Positions 25,634 to 39,790 of a DNA stretch of 64,000 nucleotides are shown here, piece after piece. Source of the DNA: the human T2T-CHM13v2.0 reference genome, Homo sapiens; the NCBI RefSeq assembly GCF_009914755.1, contig NC_060936.1. One strand, given 5' to 3'. The position numbers and the translations under genes are program-made. How positions within the stretch are numbered: the stretch's first letter is position 1; the number at the start of each line of letters is the position of its first letter. A model generated the notes under the pieces. It was not told where the DNA came from. It made no database searches and was given only the letters and a program-made list of their open reading frames with translations.

Positions 25634-27639
25634 GTAGGAGGTCTGACTGTGAAGGCTTATCAACCTAGTCTCTGAATCCAAGTGGAATCATATGGGACCC
25701 CCCCCCCCATCAATGGGGCCAGGTATTAGGTGGCTCAGAGATGGCTCTAAGTGGTCTGATGACCTCATAGCCGACCCAATAAATACCGTCTTCATGTTTC
25801 TTTCACCATTGTCAATAAATAGGATCCTGTTTCAGTAACAGAGGTACACTTCACACACATTATGCAACACATGCATGTGTACATGAGGCCATTGGAGCAT
25901 ATTTCATTTTCAGAAGGCACCAATGTCGGATATTTGGTCAGAACAAATAACTGCATGTGGAGCGGTTCCCTCAACCTTTTCCCTTTCATGTCTTTTAAGC
26001 CCATCAGGCAAATTGAGCTGATAAGCATTGCCCTGATTCCCCGGAGTAACACTGAGAGCTGATTATCTATACAGGCTGCCAGAAGTTAGTACCTGAAACA
26101 CCACAGCTGCAATCATGGTGACAATTGCTACTAAATTAATATGTGACAGTGCCAGGTGCTGTTCTAAGCTCTTGACAAACAGTAACTCATTTAACTAGTA
26201 GTAGCTGATACAGCATTTTATAAGAAACTTAAATCAAAGTGATTCACCTGTGTTTGGAGACGAAAAATAAAAAAGGCATAGTATCAACCCATTACTATTC
26301 TGTGCTCTGGGCAGGCCCAGTCCTCCCATGGGAGGCAGTGACGAAGCCACAGGCTGCCAAGATCACTCTACCCCGGCACCCTCCCGAGGCACAAGGAGAT
26401 TGAACATTTCCCTCTCCCTATGCCCATTTTGTTTAAGCAGCAATGACAATGAGGAGGCCACATGAGACAATGTGGATATAACTCCGGATCTATTACTTAC
26501 CCTCTTGGTCTGATTAAAAGCAGGAGCAGGAGGTCCCCATGCTTAGAGGCTCTCTCCAACCCATGGCTCCAAATAACTTTTTATGCTTCACTCAAAATCT
26601 CCCATTCCTACCAGCCATTCCTTTCTGTGGTACAAAGCCCTCCCTTCCCCATGTTCCCCAACCTTCCCCAAAGGGAACCAAGGGAACCACAAGGTGGCTG
26701 AGCTCCAGATGACCACGGGCTTTAATTACCCACTGTCTTTTCCTTGCAATGCCATAGCACAGGGGGTGTCTGCTGCCAGGCTATCCAGGGGAGAACATGC
26801 CAGGCAGCTCAATCTAGCTTTTCCTCAGCTTGGTCAGAAGCTCTCAATCTTAATATTGGACAAAGACAAACCCACCACTGAACAGCCTGGGTTTTCTTCT
26901 TGTTTGACTCTCTTGTCCTACCATGTTTAGAAGCCTGTGCTGTTTCTCCTAAATGTATCATTCTAGCCCCTTAAATAGAAATTGTGTTAACTGGCATATT
27001 CTTGGTGCCTTTCCCTTTCCCTCTGATATAGACTTGACCTCTAAATTTTCCCCTTTGACCAATACCTTCACTCAACACTTACTGATCACAAAACATGTCT
27101 AGAAGAAATCGAGAATATGACTAGAAAAGAAGGTTTTGCAAAAAGACTAGAAGTGGGTGGCTTTGGAGGACAACTACTTGCCCCTCCTAGGATTTTACCC
27201 TAGCAAGGCTAGTTCCAGGGCTACTAAGGAGAGTGGTCCCAAGGATATTACCTAAGCCAAGTGACCTTTGCCTTGGTGCCCATCCCCTTAGAGGTCTACA
27301 GGCCAAAACAGTACAAAAAGCAAGATGGCAGAGTCAGATGGAGATAATGCCTGGTTTAGAGGCAGGAGGGCCAGGATGGTATTGCATGCAGGACAGTAAT
27401 GTTTACTAAGCATCTGGGAATAGGACTTCGCTTGATCCAAAATGACTGGGAAAAAGCTCCATGGCACATCTGATAAGAAAGGAAATTAACCCAAATCCTT
27501 ATCTGGGTTCCTGACTAAGAAGAACTGGAAACTCTCATCACTGGTCAAGATGAACCTGTCATCACTGGCCATTCCTATACAAGTACAGAAATGCATGAAA
27601 ACTTTTAGATCACCTTGTACATAATGTATTGAAAATATA

Positions 27640-28285
27640 ATCAGGAGTTGTGATAGGTGAATGATGGGAGGACCTCTAGTTTGGGCCTAAAGAGATGATG
27701 TTTAGGCTAAACTCAGGCAATTAAAAGAAATTAACTGTCTTTCAGGGGCATGCATTGCAGAAGAGGAAGCTTATACAAGTCTCTAAGGCAGGAACAAACT
27801 TAGGGGACAGACACAAAGACAACCATGGCTGAAGCCTACTGCCGGGAGGGGTGAGGGAGGCAAGGGCAGGCACTGGCAAGGTCCGCAGGACCCAGGCCCT
27901 ATGCAGCTTCTAGGGAGAGGGGTCTGGATTTCTTTGCAAATCAGATGGACAGCCCCTGGAAGCTTTTAACCAGGAGGGTGATGTGATCAACTTAGATTAA
28001 AAAGACAACCTCCAGATGGTCTATGGAGAACACCCGAAAGGGGAAGAGAATACAAATATGAAGGCCAAGCAAGAGGCTGCTGTAGTACTCCAGGCAGGAT
28101 GTGATGGTAGCTTTCACCAGGCTGGACATAGTGGAGAGGGAGGAAGCTGCATCCATTTGGGAAATGCTTTAGAGGTCATCTCGACAAGACTTTATGGTGG
28201 ATTGGATGTGAGTTAAACGGGAGAAGGGAATCGAGGGTGGACCTCTAGGGTTTTGGCCTGAGTGACTCTGGGTGGATGGTGGGGC
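27640..28285 (-). mobile_element. L2 fragment interrupted by the provirus (resumes ~36754-36850)
   Basis: Antisense L2-like text; sequence continues across the GGGC TSD. Confidence 0.6.
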
Positions 28286-28913
28286 TAATACAGGAGTTAT
28301 TAAGAAATAATTTTCAGGCAGATAGAGAAGGTAAAAGGAGTTCTCAGTCAGGGTTTTTCTTTTAATGAAAGCAACCTCCAAACTATTTCTTTTCTAACAG
28401 AAAGGTACTTAAAGAGGGCCAGGCGGGCAAGCTTTGATATGCAAATGCACGTCATTAGAAACTGGGTCCACCCAATATGGCAATTCCCACCTTCTTCTTC
28501 TTGTCACCAGGTGTGCCAAGTGTCATGGGCACCTCCAGATAACTCCACATGTTTGGGACATCATGGCAGGCCCGCATGTGCATACTAAAGGGCTAAGTTG
28601 GGATGGCCAGGTTTTTTGCCAGCTACGTGAATGACACACCTGTTCAAACCAATCCCTTGGGCCCTATACAAATCAGACACCGCCTCCTCCAGCCTCCCGT
28701 ATAACCAACCACTTTTCTGCCACACACAGGGTTTCTCTTTGCTTGGATCCCCCTCCCTCTGTCTCTGTATGGGGGAGCTGTTTTCTTCTTCCTTTCCTCT
28801 TTCTTGCCTATTAAATTCTCTGCTCCTTAAAACCACTCCAGACTTGTGTCCATGTCGGTCATCATGAGACCAAGGACTCTGGTGTTCCTCCAGTCATCGG
28901 AGCCATATCATTT

Positions 28914-28931
28914 TGGTGCATTGGCCGGGAA
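28914..28931 (+). other. Primer binding site complementary to tRNA-Gly(GCC)
   Basis: TGGTGCATTGGCCGGGAA is the reverse complement of the tRNA-Gly-GCC 3' end (TTCCCGGCCAATGCACCA), 3 nt after the 5' LTR. Confidence 0.9.
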
Positions 28932-29316
28932 TTCATTCAACGGATTGGTGAGTACAGAGTGGAGCAAATCTCAAACTCAAATCTGTCCTTTAATCTCAAG
29001 GCTCTCTTCCTGCTATTCTGTCGCCAAACTTTCTTTCTCTTTCTATCCGTGGTCTCTTACTCTCTCTGTGTGTGTAGAATGTGCAGGAATTTTTACAGCC
29101 TAAGGGAGTAATCCTGTTAAGCAAGATCAGGAAATGCTGTAGCACTGGGGATATAGCTCAGGAAAATGTCCTTGCAATCTTCTAGGAACAGAGATTCCCA
29201 CCCCTCCACGCCATCCCCCCAATGCCACCTCCCCCACCACACCACCACCTCCCCACCACGTGGTGAGGTTACTTGCTACTAATTCGCTGGTAAGACATGG
29301 TATTCCTAAGACAATA

Positions 29317-29330
29317 GCGCCACCTAGTGG
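29317..29330 (-). promoter_or_regulatory. CTCF motif in ERV leader
   Basis: Reverse complement CCACTAGGTGGCGC is a near-ideal CTCF core. Occupancy unknown. Confidence 0.65.
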
Positions 29331-29343
29331 AAATAGAAATTCT

Positions 29344-29661
<318 letters not shown>

Positions 29662-30386
29662 AATCCTCTCCGTAAGACACATTGCTGGTTCTCTGCAGTA
29701 TATTACAGCTTTCCAACTTTTCCTTTTTGCGCCTTTTCTACTGGAAGCTAGGCTCTGATCTACTTCTGTAAAAGGGAAATTTCTGCCTTTTGCAGTTAGG
29801 AGTAAGATGTCTTCTGCAGCCAAATTTTGTCACGATATTGACCCATCAGCAGAAAAATGGCCATTTAGTTCCTATGTTCTTTTAAGGAAACTATTCTGTC
29901 TCCGATTAAAATGATATTTAATTAGTAAGGGGATTTTAAGTCCAGAAGTTAACCGGAACCATTTGTCTAAGAGTAAATGCTTTAGCACGGGCCATAGTAG
30001 CAGGCAATCTAGCACACTGCCTCCGTTAAAGGAGCCTTGCCCTAAGGCGACACAGTCTCTCCCTAGATCCATTTTTCGGGGAGCCAGGGGGATCACACAG
30101 ATTTAGGAAGTCAAAGGGGAATCACACAAGGTGGATAAGCTGAAGCTGCATGGGTAAAGTGTGGTTAGTCCCATCACTTAGTTCATCCAGTTCCATGGAT
30201 GGAGGACCATGGATGGATTGGAGGACCACGCCTACAGCCATGGGTCGCATATTTAACATGGTGCCAGGACCCGGGAAGCAGGGAGGGAAAACAGTGGGAG
30301 GATGCTCCCTGTCTCCTCCTCCACCCTGGGTCATACGGAAAGGGAGGAGACTAAAAGGACGCTTTTATTCTTGCTTCTTTTTCTAG

Positions 30387-31606
30387 ATGGGAAACAGATT
30401 ATCTTTGGCTTGCACCCGCTGGAGTGCACTCTGAAACACTGGAACTTCCTTAACCTCAGGACTTTGAAGAAATAAGTGACTCATTTTCTTTTACACAAGG
30501 GCATGGTGTTTTTACAAAACCCGTGCAAGCATTTTAAGATCAACCCAGGTCTTTTAGCAATCACATCGGGCAGGCCCAGGGAGAACAGTTCCCCCAAATT
30601 AGAAAAGCAACTTCCAGGGGAACCATCTGAGGATCCCCCTTATTTTGGGCCCCTTCAAGTTCCCTTCTCATTACAAGACCTTAAGCAAATAAAGCGAAAC
30701 TTAGGCCGATTTTCTAACGACACTGATAGGTATATAGAAGCTTTCCAAAATTTAACTCAGGTGTTTCACCTCACATGGAGGGATGTTATGCTGCTCCTAA
30801 ACCATACCCTCACAGCAGCTGAAAAGCAGGCAATTCTGCAAGCAGCAGAGATTTCGGGGATGAGCAATATATCTCCTATAATATACCAAAAGGGAAGAAC
30901 GCAGATAGGGAAAGCGAAAAAATCGTGTAGACTCCTTTCCCACTAGGAAGGGAAGCAGTTCTGGTAAACAACCCCGATTGGGACCCCAATAACTCAAGAG
31001 ATGAATGGAAAAGGAGGCACATTTTAAGATGTATATTAAAGGGCCTATGGAAGACCAGGGCCAAACCTCTCAATTACGCTAAACTGTCTAGGATAAACCA
31101 AAAGCCAGATGAGAATCCTCTAGCCTTTACGGAAAGGCTAAGAGAGGCACTAATAAAGTACACCTCTTTATACCCTGATTCAGTCGAGGGACAGCTCATT
31201 CTAAAGGACACGTTTATTACACAGGCAGCTCCCGATATTAAAAGGAATACAAAAGCAGGCTATAAGACCAGATAGCACCTTAGAGAACCTCCTGAAGGTA
31301 GCCACTTTGGTCTTTTGTAACAGGAACCAGGAGGAGGCCCAAAAGAAAGAGAGAAAGCTCAAGAGAAGGACAGAGGCTCTAGCAGCTGCTTTGCAGGTTT
31401 GCAAAATCCAGGATCCCCAAGGTGCATTCGCTAGTTGCTATTGGTGCGGCAGCCCAGGGCATTTTAAAAAGGAACCCCCAGGAAGCAAGACAAAGCCACC
31501 TCAACCCTGTCCAGGCTGTGGCAGAGACCACTGAAGATGGAACTGCCCCCAGAGATGGAGGCCACTGGGTTCAGGACCAGTCTCACAGATGGTCCCGCAG
31601 GACTGA
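30387..31606 (+). pseudogene. gag: Decayed ERV gag (MA-CA-NC), gammaretroviral ERV9/W-like
   Basis: ATG at 30387. Capsid VPFSLQDLKQIK...LTWRDVMLLL; MHR-like QKPDENPLAFTERLREAL; degenerate zinc knuckles CYWCGSPGH and CPGCGRDH. Multiple stops and frameshifts. Confidence 0.85.
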
Positions 31607-31654
31607 TGGGTCCTGGGGCTCAAACCCTGGCTTCAGTGGCTCAAACTGCCATTA

Positions 31655-32650
31655 TAGCACAGGAGCCCCGGCTAATTCTGGAAATTAAAGGAAGGAAAGT
31701 AGACCTCCTTCTAAACATTAGAGCCAGTCCCTCCCTTTTCTCCTCTCTAATCCAGGCCTCTCCTCTTCCCATAGTACGACCGTAAGGGGTGTCTCAGGAA
31801 AAACTCTAATCCAATATTTTTCTCAACCATAGTTGTAGTTAGGAGGACCTATTTACACATGCTTCCAAGTCATAATAACTCTACTAGTCAGAAAAGCCTC
31901 CAAGTTAACCCTAGGAAATAATTTAACTGTTTACACTTCACATAATGTGTGAGGATTACTGTCCTCTAGGGGGAGCTCTTAGCTAACAAACAGCTGGTAA
32001 AGCAAGAAGTACATAAGGCAGGATAAGCAGTCGTCACTCTTAACGTCTCTCCCCAGGCACAAGTGCTGAATTAGCTGAGCTAATAGCTCTTACAAGAGCA
32101 CTTAAATTAAGCAAGGGGAAGGTAGCTGCCATTTATACTAACTCCAAGTATGCTTTCTTAACTCTCCATACTCATGCTGCGATTCAAAAGGAAAGGCATT
32201 TTCTTACCACTAATGAATCTCCTATAAAATATTGCCAGGAAATTGGCAGGTTATTATCCTCAGTTTTTCTTCCACAAAAAATAGCAGTCATGCGTTATAG
32301 GGGACATCAAAAGGAAACAGATAAGGTAGCCAAAGGAAATAGAATGGCTAATCAGGCAAAGCTAAGTCAGAGGCAAGGAAGCTTTAAGGCATTAATGCAC
32401 TTCAAGCCCTTCTAATCTAGGAAGGCTCCAAAAAAGAAATTAAACATCAGTATTCCCCTACAGAAATAAAATAGGATCACCTTTATTTAACCCAGGAAAT
32501 TTGGTATTAGTACAAACTCTCATCTCTGTCTCCTTCCCTAAGCCAAGCTGGGAAGGGCCCTACACTGTTCTTCTTTCAACCCCCTCGGCAGTAAAAGTTA
32601 CAGGAATCGACTTCTAAATACATCACACTCAAGTCAAAGCCTGAAGAGCT
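31655..32650 (+). pseudogene. pol: ERV pro/pol remnants: dead protease, RT deleted, RNase H and integrase C-terminus pieces
   Basis: EPRLILEIKGRKVDLLLNIRA (DTGA lost); RNase H SAELAELIALTRAL...IYTNSKYAF...GHQK...GN at ~32055-32355; integrase PSWEGPYTVLLSTP at ~32540. Confidence 0.85.
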
Positions 32651-32710
32651 GAGGGAGCAGCCCCTAACAGCCCAGAGAAATATCCTGAATATCAATGCGG
32701 AGAAAGAGAT

Positions 32711-33052
32711 CTTTTTCTTTTTCTTGTTGTTGTTGTTGTTGTTGTTGTTCTTGTTGTTGTTGTTGTTTTTGAGACGGAGGCTCCCTGTCGCCCAGGCTGG
32801 AGTGCAGTGGCGCGATCTCCGCTCACTGCAGGCTCCGCCCCACGGTTCACGCCTTTCTCCTGCCTCAGCCTCCGGAGTAGCTGGGACCACAGGCGCCCAT
32901 CACCACGCCCGGCTAATTTTTTTTTTGTATTTTTAGTACAGACGGGGTTTCACTGTGTTAGCCAGGATGGTCTCGATCTCCTGACCTCGTGATCCGCCCG
33001 CCTTGGCCTCCCAAAGTGCTGGGATTACAGGCGCGAGCCACCGCGCCGGGCC
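32711..33052 (-). mobile_element. AluY with (GTT)n tail, nested in ERV
   Basis: AluY diagnostics (ggatggtctcgatctcctgacctcgtgatccgcccg), CpGs retained, agaaagaga on both flanks. Confidence 0.95.
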
Positions 33053-33889
33053 AGAAAGAGAAGATTTTAAGCTGAAAATCATAAAAGATAAGTAACTGAG
33101 TGAGGGCTACTCATCTTACTCAGTCCCACTCCTGCCTCACCAGATACTTTTTGCTATTTCTACCCTTTACTCTCAAAGTTCACCACCAAATATTAAAACT
33201 TCTTTTTAAAGCATATTTGCAGGCAGATTTTAATTATTCATAGAATCGCATTTGTAACTTTGTAGCTCCCCAAAGAGAAATGTTATATCTTGGTAAGTAA
33301 AGTTTTAAATGGAAATTATTCACTATGCCACTCTTGTAAGAACTGTTATACTCACGCTACTATTTACAATAGAACTACACACTGTAGCACCCAAGATGTG
33401 GAATTCTGGTTGTAAAATTCTAATTGCTGTAATATTTTGCCTAATTATCAACCTTATAACAGGATTGATAGTTGCAGGAAAGATTTAGTCAAAATTGTGT
33501 CGCTTATAGCAGGAGTAATAGTTGTGGATAAGAAGCAAGGATGAAAGTTTTACTATCATTACGTTTAATAGGACTTTTTCTGAAGGTTGGTAATATAATG
33601 TGCTCTAAGCTATAAAGAGAAGATTATAAAGGAAGATTTTATGTAAGAAAAGATTTTCATTGGTAAATACTTGTCCTAAAAGGAAATGACTGGTTGTTTA
33701 AAGGATGAATGCTTAGGGCAAGTCAGAAAGTTTAAGTATGTTGTAAGAGGGTCTGTGAAAGTCATGAAATTATTAAAGGAAAGGAATTGTCAAGATTAAC
33801 ATTAAAGTTATTTTAGCCACCCACTAATGTATTTCTCCCAAGCATATTGCAAGTTAGGAAAATGGCCTAAGCTTAAAGTTATTCTCTAA

Positions 33890-34155
33890 TGGCAAGTCAA
33901 AGGGGAAATGTATGGTTTTCTCAAGGAAAATGTTTCTTTTATATTAATGTTTCTGGTAATGTACAGCGAGATACTGGTATTGCAATCCATGGTGTAACTA
34001 ATAGGTATGAAACTCAGGGTCTATAGGACCCCCACTCACGGTGGTAATCTTAATACTCACATTCTAACCCTATATTTTAAATTTTCTTATAAAATTTATC
34101 TCTTTTCACCTGGAAGCAATCAAACTCCAAACGGTGCTGCGAGCAAAGCCACACG
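33890..34155 (+). pseudogene. env: env TM remnant
   Basis: Degenerate GE..GFLKE..FYIN.SG region and C-terminal FISFHLEAIKLQ, typical of gammaretroviral TM. Confidence 0.55.
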
Positions 34156-34726
34156 TGTTTGAAATGCTTGTAAAGAAATAGCACTTGAGCATCAGTTTAT
34201 TTAGTAAGGCCATTTTTACTTCTTGCAGAAAGGGTACACTCGCCAGCAGTTTTGCCAGGAGAGTACACTGAACAAAGGAGACAGGGTCATTTATAACCTG
34301 ACGCGTCCACCCTACTGCTGTGTCCAGTTTCCAATAGCTGGAATGGGACCTCACATTCTGTATTTGTCCCGATTGGCTAGCAACTTAGAACTTTTTAAAA
34401 GAGGCAAAGGTAGAGGAGAACAAAAGAAGGAGGAAGTAACTTGTGGAATGCTGGGAAAGGTAAAAACACTTTTAAATAAGGAAGAGGAACAGACTATGAT
34501 CTAATGCTTGCTTGGACCAGTATAAGCATGCCAGGGCAAATATTTAGGCTAAATTGTGGGAGCTAAGAACATAAATTACATTGATTTCTTTATTATGGCT
34601 AGCAGATATTTAAGAATGTTAGCACAGGTCTTTGAATAAATTTTGCTTTTAAGAGAAGTTACTATTTATTTCTTATTAGACGGGGCGGAAAGTCTTTGAA
34701 GAGGAACCTCTACTTTACTTTTTACA
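34156..34726 (-). mobile_element. LTR10C-type solo LTR nested in ERV
   Basis: Reverse complement starts tgtaaaaagtaaagtagaggttcctcttcaaagac; TSD cacg/catg. Confidence 0.88.
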
Positions 34727-34984
34727 CATGGTCACGCCATTCTTCCAAGAACCCTTAGATAAACCTCAGGAGAAGGCACAACTGCTGTTCCCCACACAAT
34801 ACCCCTTTTCAGCAGGAAGTAGCCAGAAAGAATCGCCATCCAACACCCCCTGACAGCAGTTAGGTTTGCTTCTCTTGAGCGGGGGAATGATACAGGAGTT
34901 ACTAAGAAATAATTTTTAGGCAGATAGAAAGGGTAAAAGGAATTCTCGGTAAGGCTTTTTCTTTTAATAAAAGCAACCCCAGAC

Positions 34985-35317
<333 letters not shown>

Positions 35318-35568
35318 TAAAGGGCCAGGCTGGCAAGCTTTGATATGCAAACGCAGGCCATTAGAAGCTGAGTCCACCCAATATGGTGATTCGTGCCTTC
35401 TTCTTGTCACCAGGTATGCCAAGTGTCATGGCCACCTCCAGGTAACTGCATGTGTTCAGGACATCAGAGCGGCCCACATTTGCACATTAAAAGGATAAGG
35501 TGGGAGGGCCGGGTTTTTCACGGGCTTCGTGAATGACACACCTGGTCAAACCAATCCCCTGGGCCCTC

Positions 35569-36521
35569 TGTGGGCGGCAAGCCACCCAGGTGACGAGGCA
35601 AGAGACTAAAAGCACAAGCTATTCCAGTATAATAAAGAAAATACTTAAAATAAGAATAGTTATATTAGGCATAGAATATAGATATGATTATATATGAATA
35701 TTACTAATCATTAGTTTATAGCATTACTCTTTATTCTAATATTATAATAATCTTTATTCTACAATTATAACCTAGGAAAAACCAGGACATACAGAGATAG
35801 GAGCTGAAGGGACATGGTGAGAAGTGACCAGAAGACTAGTGTGAGCCCTCTGTCACACCCGGACAGGGCCACTAGAGGGCTCCTTGGTCTAGTGGTAACG
35901 CTAGTGCCTGGGAAGGCACCCGTTACTTAGCAGATCGGGAAAGGGAGTCTCCCTTTCCCCGGTGGAGTTAGAGAAGACTCTGCTCCACCACCTCTTGTGG
36001 AAGGCCTGACATCAGTCAGGCCCGCCCGCAGCCATCCGGAGACCTAAACGTCTCGCTGTGATGCTGTGCTTCAGAGGTCACGCTCCTGTTTCACTTTCAT
36101 GTTCTGCTCTGTACACCTGGCTCCGCCTTCTAGATAGCAATAGCAGAATTAGTGAAAGTATTAAAGTCTTTGATCTTTCTGAGAAGAGCATAGAAGAAAT
36201 AATGACGTAAGCTGTCCTCTCTCCAGCTCGGCTACCTAAAAGGGAAAGGCCCCCTGTCCGGTGGACACGTGACTCACATGACCTTATCAATCACTGGAGA
36301 TGACTCACACTCCTTACCCTGCCCCTTTGCCTTGTACACAATAAATAACAGCGCGACCAGGCATTCGGGGCCACTGCCAGTCTCCACATCTAGGTGGTAG
36401 TGGTCCCCCGGGCCCAGCTGTCTTTTCTTCTATCTCTTTGTCTTGTGTCTTTATTTCTACGACCTCTCATCTCCGCACACCAGGAGAAAAACCCACAGAC
36501 CCAGTAGGGCTGGACCCTACA
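35569..36521 (+). mobile_element. LTR13-type (HERV-K group) solo LTR nested in the 3' LTR
   Basis: tgtgggcggcaagccacccagg...ggaccctaca; degenerate 6-bp TSD gccctc/gctcta, where the 5' LTR reads gcccta. Confidence 0.88.
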
Positions 36522-37697
36522 GCTCTATGCAAATCAGATACTGCCTCCTCCAGCCTCCCATATAACCGACCACTTTTCTGCCCTCCCTCTGTCTCTGTAC
36601 AGGGGAGCTGTTCTCTTCTTTCTTTCTTCTTTCTTCTTTCTTGCCTATTAAATTATCCGCTCCTTAAACCACTCCGCATGTGTCCATGTCATTTTATCTA
36701 AATCAGCATGAGACCAAGGACCTGATGTTCCTCCAGTCATTGGAGCCATATCAGGGCCATTTACTTTGATAGAGAGACAAAGCTGGTTTAGTGATGGATA
36801 GGGGGCTTAGTCATTAAGGAACTCATTTTTGGACATGGTGAATTTGGGTATTAATAGCTTATAAAATGTAATGCTATCAGATCCATAACACTTTCCAGGA
36901 ACTGTGGCTCTTTCACTGGGGTTTTAAGCTCCTCTGGGAAAACGAGGGGCAATGTTGGGCAGGAAGAACTCCCACCCTCCAGGAAGCCTGAGTGGACCAT
37001 CCCTTCCCCAAAAGCAGGCTTCCTATCAAAGCTGCGTTGTCCTTTTCATCCTTTCTCCCTGCATGCCTCCATCCAAAAATAGAAGTGTGTTACCCTGCAG
37101 GTTCACTGAGCCTCCACATAACCACACATGACAAAATCATGGAACACTGAGGAGGCCTTCTCAAAATATTTTGGAATTATCTACATTCAGTTTTAGTTTT
37201 TAAAACTTTAAAAAAATGCAATTGTACTTTAACTCACCTTACATCCTGATAGCATTATAAATTTGAGGATAATTTTAGAAAATGGAGATTATTTGTAATT
37301 CCCATGATATACTTTCTGGGAAATATAAGTAGTAAATTTGCATTTAATGATTAATTCCACTACTCCCTTAAAAACATAATATCTATGAGCAGTTCAGCAG
37401 TGAGGGACATTTAAAATAGAAAAAAAATCCTCCGTTAATATTTTTATGTTCCACAGTAGTAAAAAGGTGAAAGTTATTTGTTGGTCTCAATAAACGATGC
37501 TTGATCTTTTAAAAATCATTACTAAGTGTTTGATCTTAATATATTCCAAAAAGCTTCTCCTATAACTGTGCCTGGTTTCTGAAACAGATTCCAAGGAGAC
37601 TATCACCACCAAAAGACTGCTCAACAACCACCCAATCTACGTTGTCACCCTTCTTTGATTGGATATTTCAATCAATAAAAAGTATAGAGCACATTAT

Positions 37698-37862
37698 TCA
37701 TATATGTGTGTGTATATATGTATGTACATGTATACATACATGTACATATACGTACACATACACATACATGTGTATGTATATGTATGCATACATATACATA
37801 CATATACATATACAGACATATATACACATACATATATTCACACACACAGACATATACATATT
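37698..37862. repeat. (TA/CA/TG)n low-complexity repeat
   Basis: Seen directly. Confidence 0.9.
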
Positions 37863-37984
37863 TTTTTTTGGATGGGGCAGGGGGCCTTTACTTGGGTGAT
37901 AAGGTGGTCTGTGAAGGGCTTTAAGGGAAGGTCTCATCTGATCACATTGGCTTTCTGGTTGTGTCTTGAAGAATGGGTCAGAGA

Positions 37985-38760
37985 ATCAGGAGGCTGTGGC
38001 TGCTGCAGGGGAGGGGTGAGGGGGGCCCAGGGCTAACAGTTGTGGGGTCCAGTAAAGGGTGCAAGTGGAGGCCGGCAGGTCATACATCCCACTGCGAAGA
38101 CCAGCCGCCTCTCGACCTGACATCACCCCTGGAACCAAAAAGGGGAAAACATGTCCTTCCTGCCTCTGTCTGTGGTAAGTGGGCCCCTCCAGGAGGCAGG
38201 GCTGCAGGCAGCATCCCCGTGACCCGGGTAGAAGGGCAGAACTGCGCCTGGGGCTCGCTGCTGTCTGCAAGGTCCAGGAGGGAGGAGGGTGCAGACACAG
38301 GCCCTATTTCTGACCCCGCAGGGCCGGGAGCGCTGGAGCCCTAGGAGGGTCTGATCTACCTGTCGCCCACCCATGAGGTGCATGAGTGCAAAGGTGTGGG
38401 AAACCGCCAGACTCCTGAGGCCCTGTGGGGTCGCAAGGCACCAGGACCCCTGGATATGGCTTAACTGGGTTGCAGGGAGAGGGCGGGCTTGGGAAGGGCA
38501 GCCTTTAGCCAAGGGATTCTCAGGGAACCGACATGCTTGTCTGAGCTCCGGGCCGGGTCCACCTCCGCTGGCTGGACAGCTGCCTCCACACCCAGACAGA
38601 CCCCGTGGGGCACAGCGTCCCGCAGGGCTCCACAGTACCCCGCTTTCCAGCGTCCCTGGAACCCCTGCCCAGCCCACGAGGTACAGATTCTGTCATTCTC
38701 ACTGAGTCCTCTGGACCCTGCTAGACTAGCCCAAGGTCACACAGCCAGACAGCGGAGGAG
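37985..38760. promoter_or_regulatory. GC-rich, moderately CpG-retaining block (weak CGI / enhancer-like)
   Basis: Sharp GC rise between AT-rich flanks with many CpGs; no recognisable repeat. Confidence 0.45.
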
Positions 38761-39167
38761 GTATTTCTTTCTATATAATACATGTATGTACTTACTAATA
38801 TATTCACTATGAAACAAATGCTTTTTAAAATATGCTATAAAAACTAAAAAGTTCTTAACATATTCACCTTTAGTTATTAATTACATAAAAATGTCTGCTC
38901 TCATTAAAATATTATCCATAATCATATTTGTAGTGAGAGCAATGTGGTAGAATTTGCACCTTTTTAAAAAACCTTGGAATTATTCTTTGAGATACATCAA
39001 TTCAAATATCTCAAATACCAGACTTTTCATACATCAATTCAAAAGTTCAATTTCTTTTTTTTTTTCGAAAGTTTCATTTATATTCAGGCTTGCTTTTAAT
39101 GGTTGTCAGAGCTGAAAAAGATAACTGGCAAAGGCACAATGTGCACACTGAACAAAGTGTATTGTTA

Positions 39168-39577
<410 letters not shown>

Positions 39578-39719
39578 TCATTGTTTTTAGCTAATAGTGA
39601 CACTGATTCAGAGATTATTCCAGGCACAGGAGGGTTGATTCTGACATTCGCTTGCTGTTTTCTTGTCTTTGTATAATTACTGTTCTCTTCAACCTACCCA
39701 TTTCTTTGCAGAAATCTTT

Positions 39720-39790
39720 ATTTTAATTTCTGGGATACATGTGCAGGATGTGCAGGTTTGTTACTTAGGTAAATGTGTGCCATGGTGGTT
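39720..39790 (-). mobile_element. ~70-bp L1PA 3' end
   Basis: Antisense L1 3'UTR; TSD ctttgcagaaatcttt / ctttgcaggaatcttt. Confidence 0.85.

Noticed and set aside
34524-34543. p53 element in LTR10C (AAGCATGCCA GGGCAAATAT)
   Set aside because: The second half-site lacks the core CWWG G; weak match.
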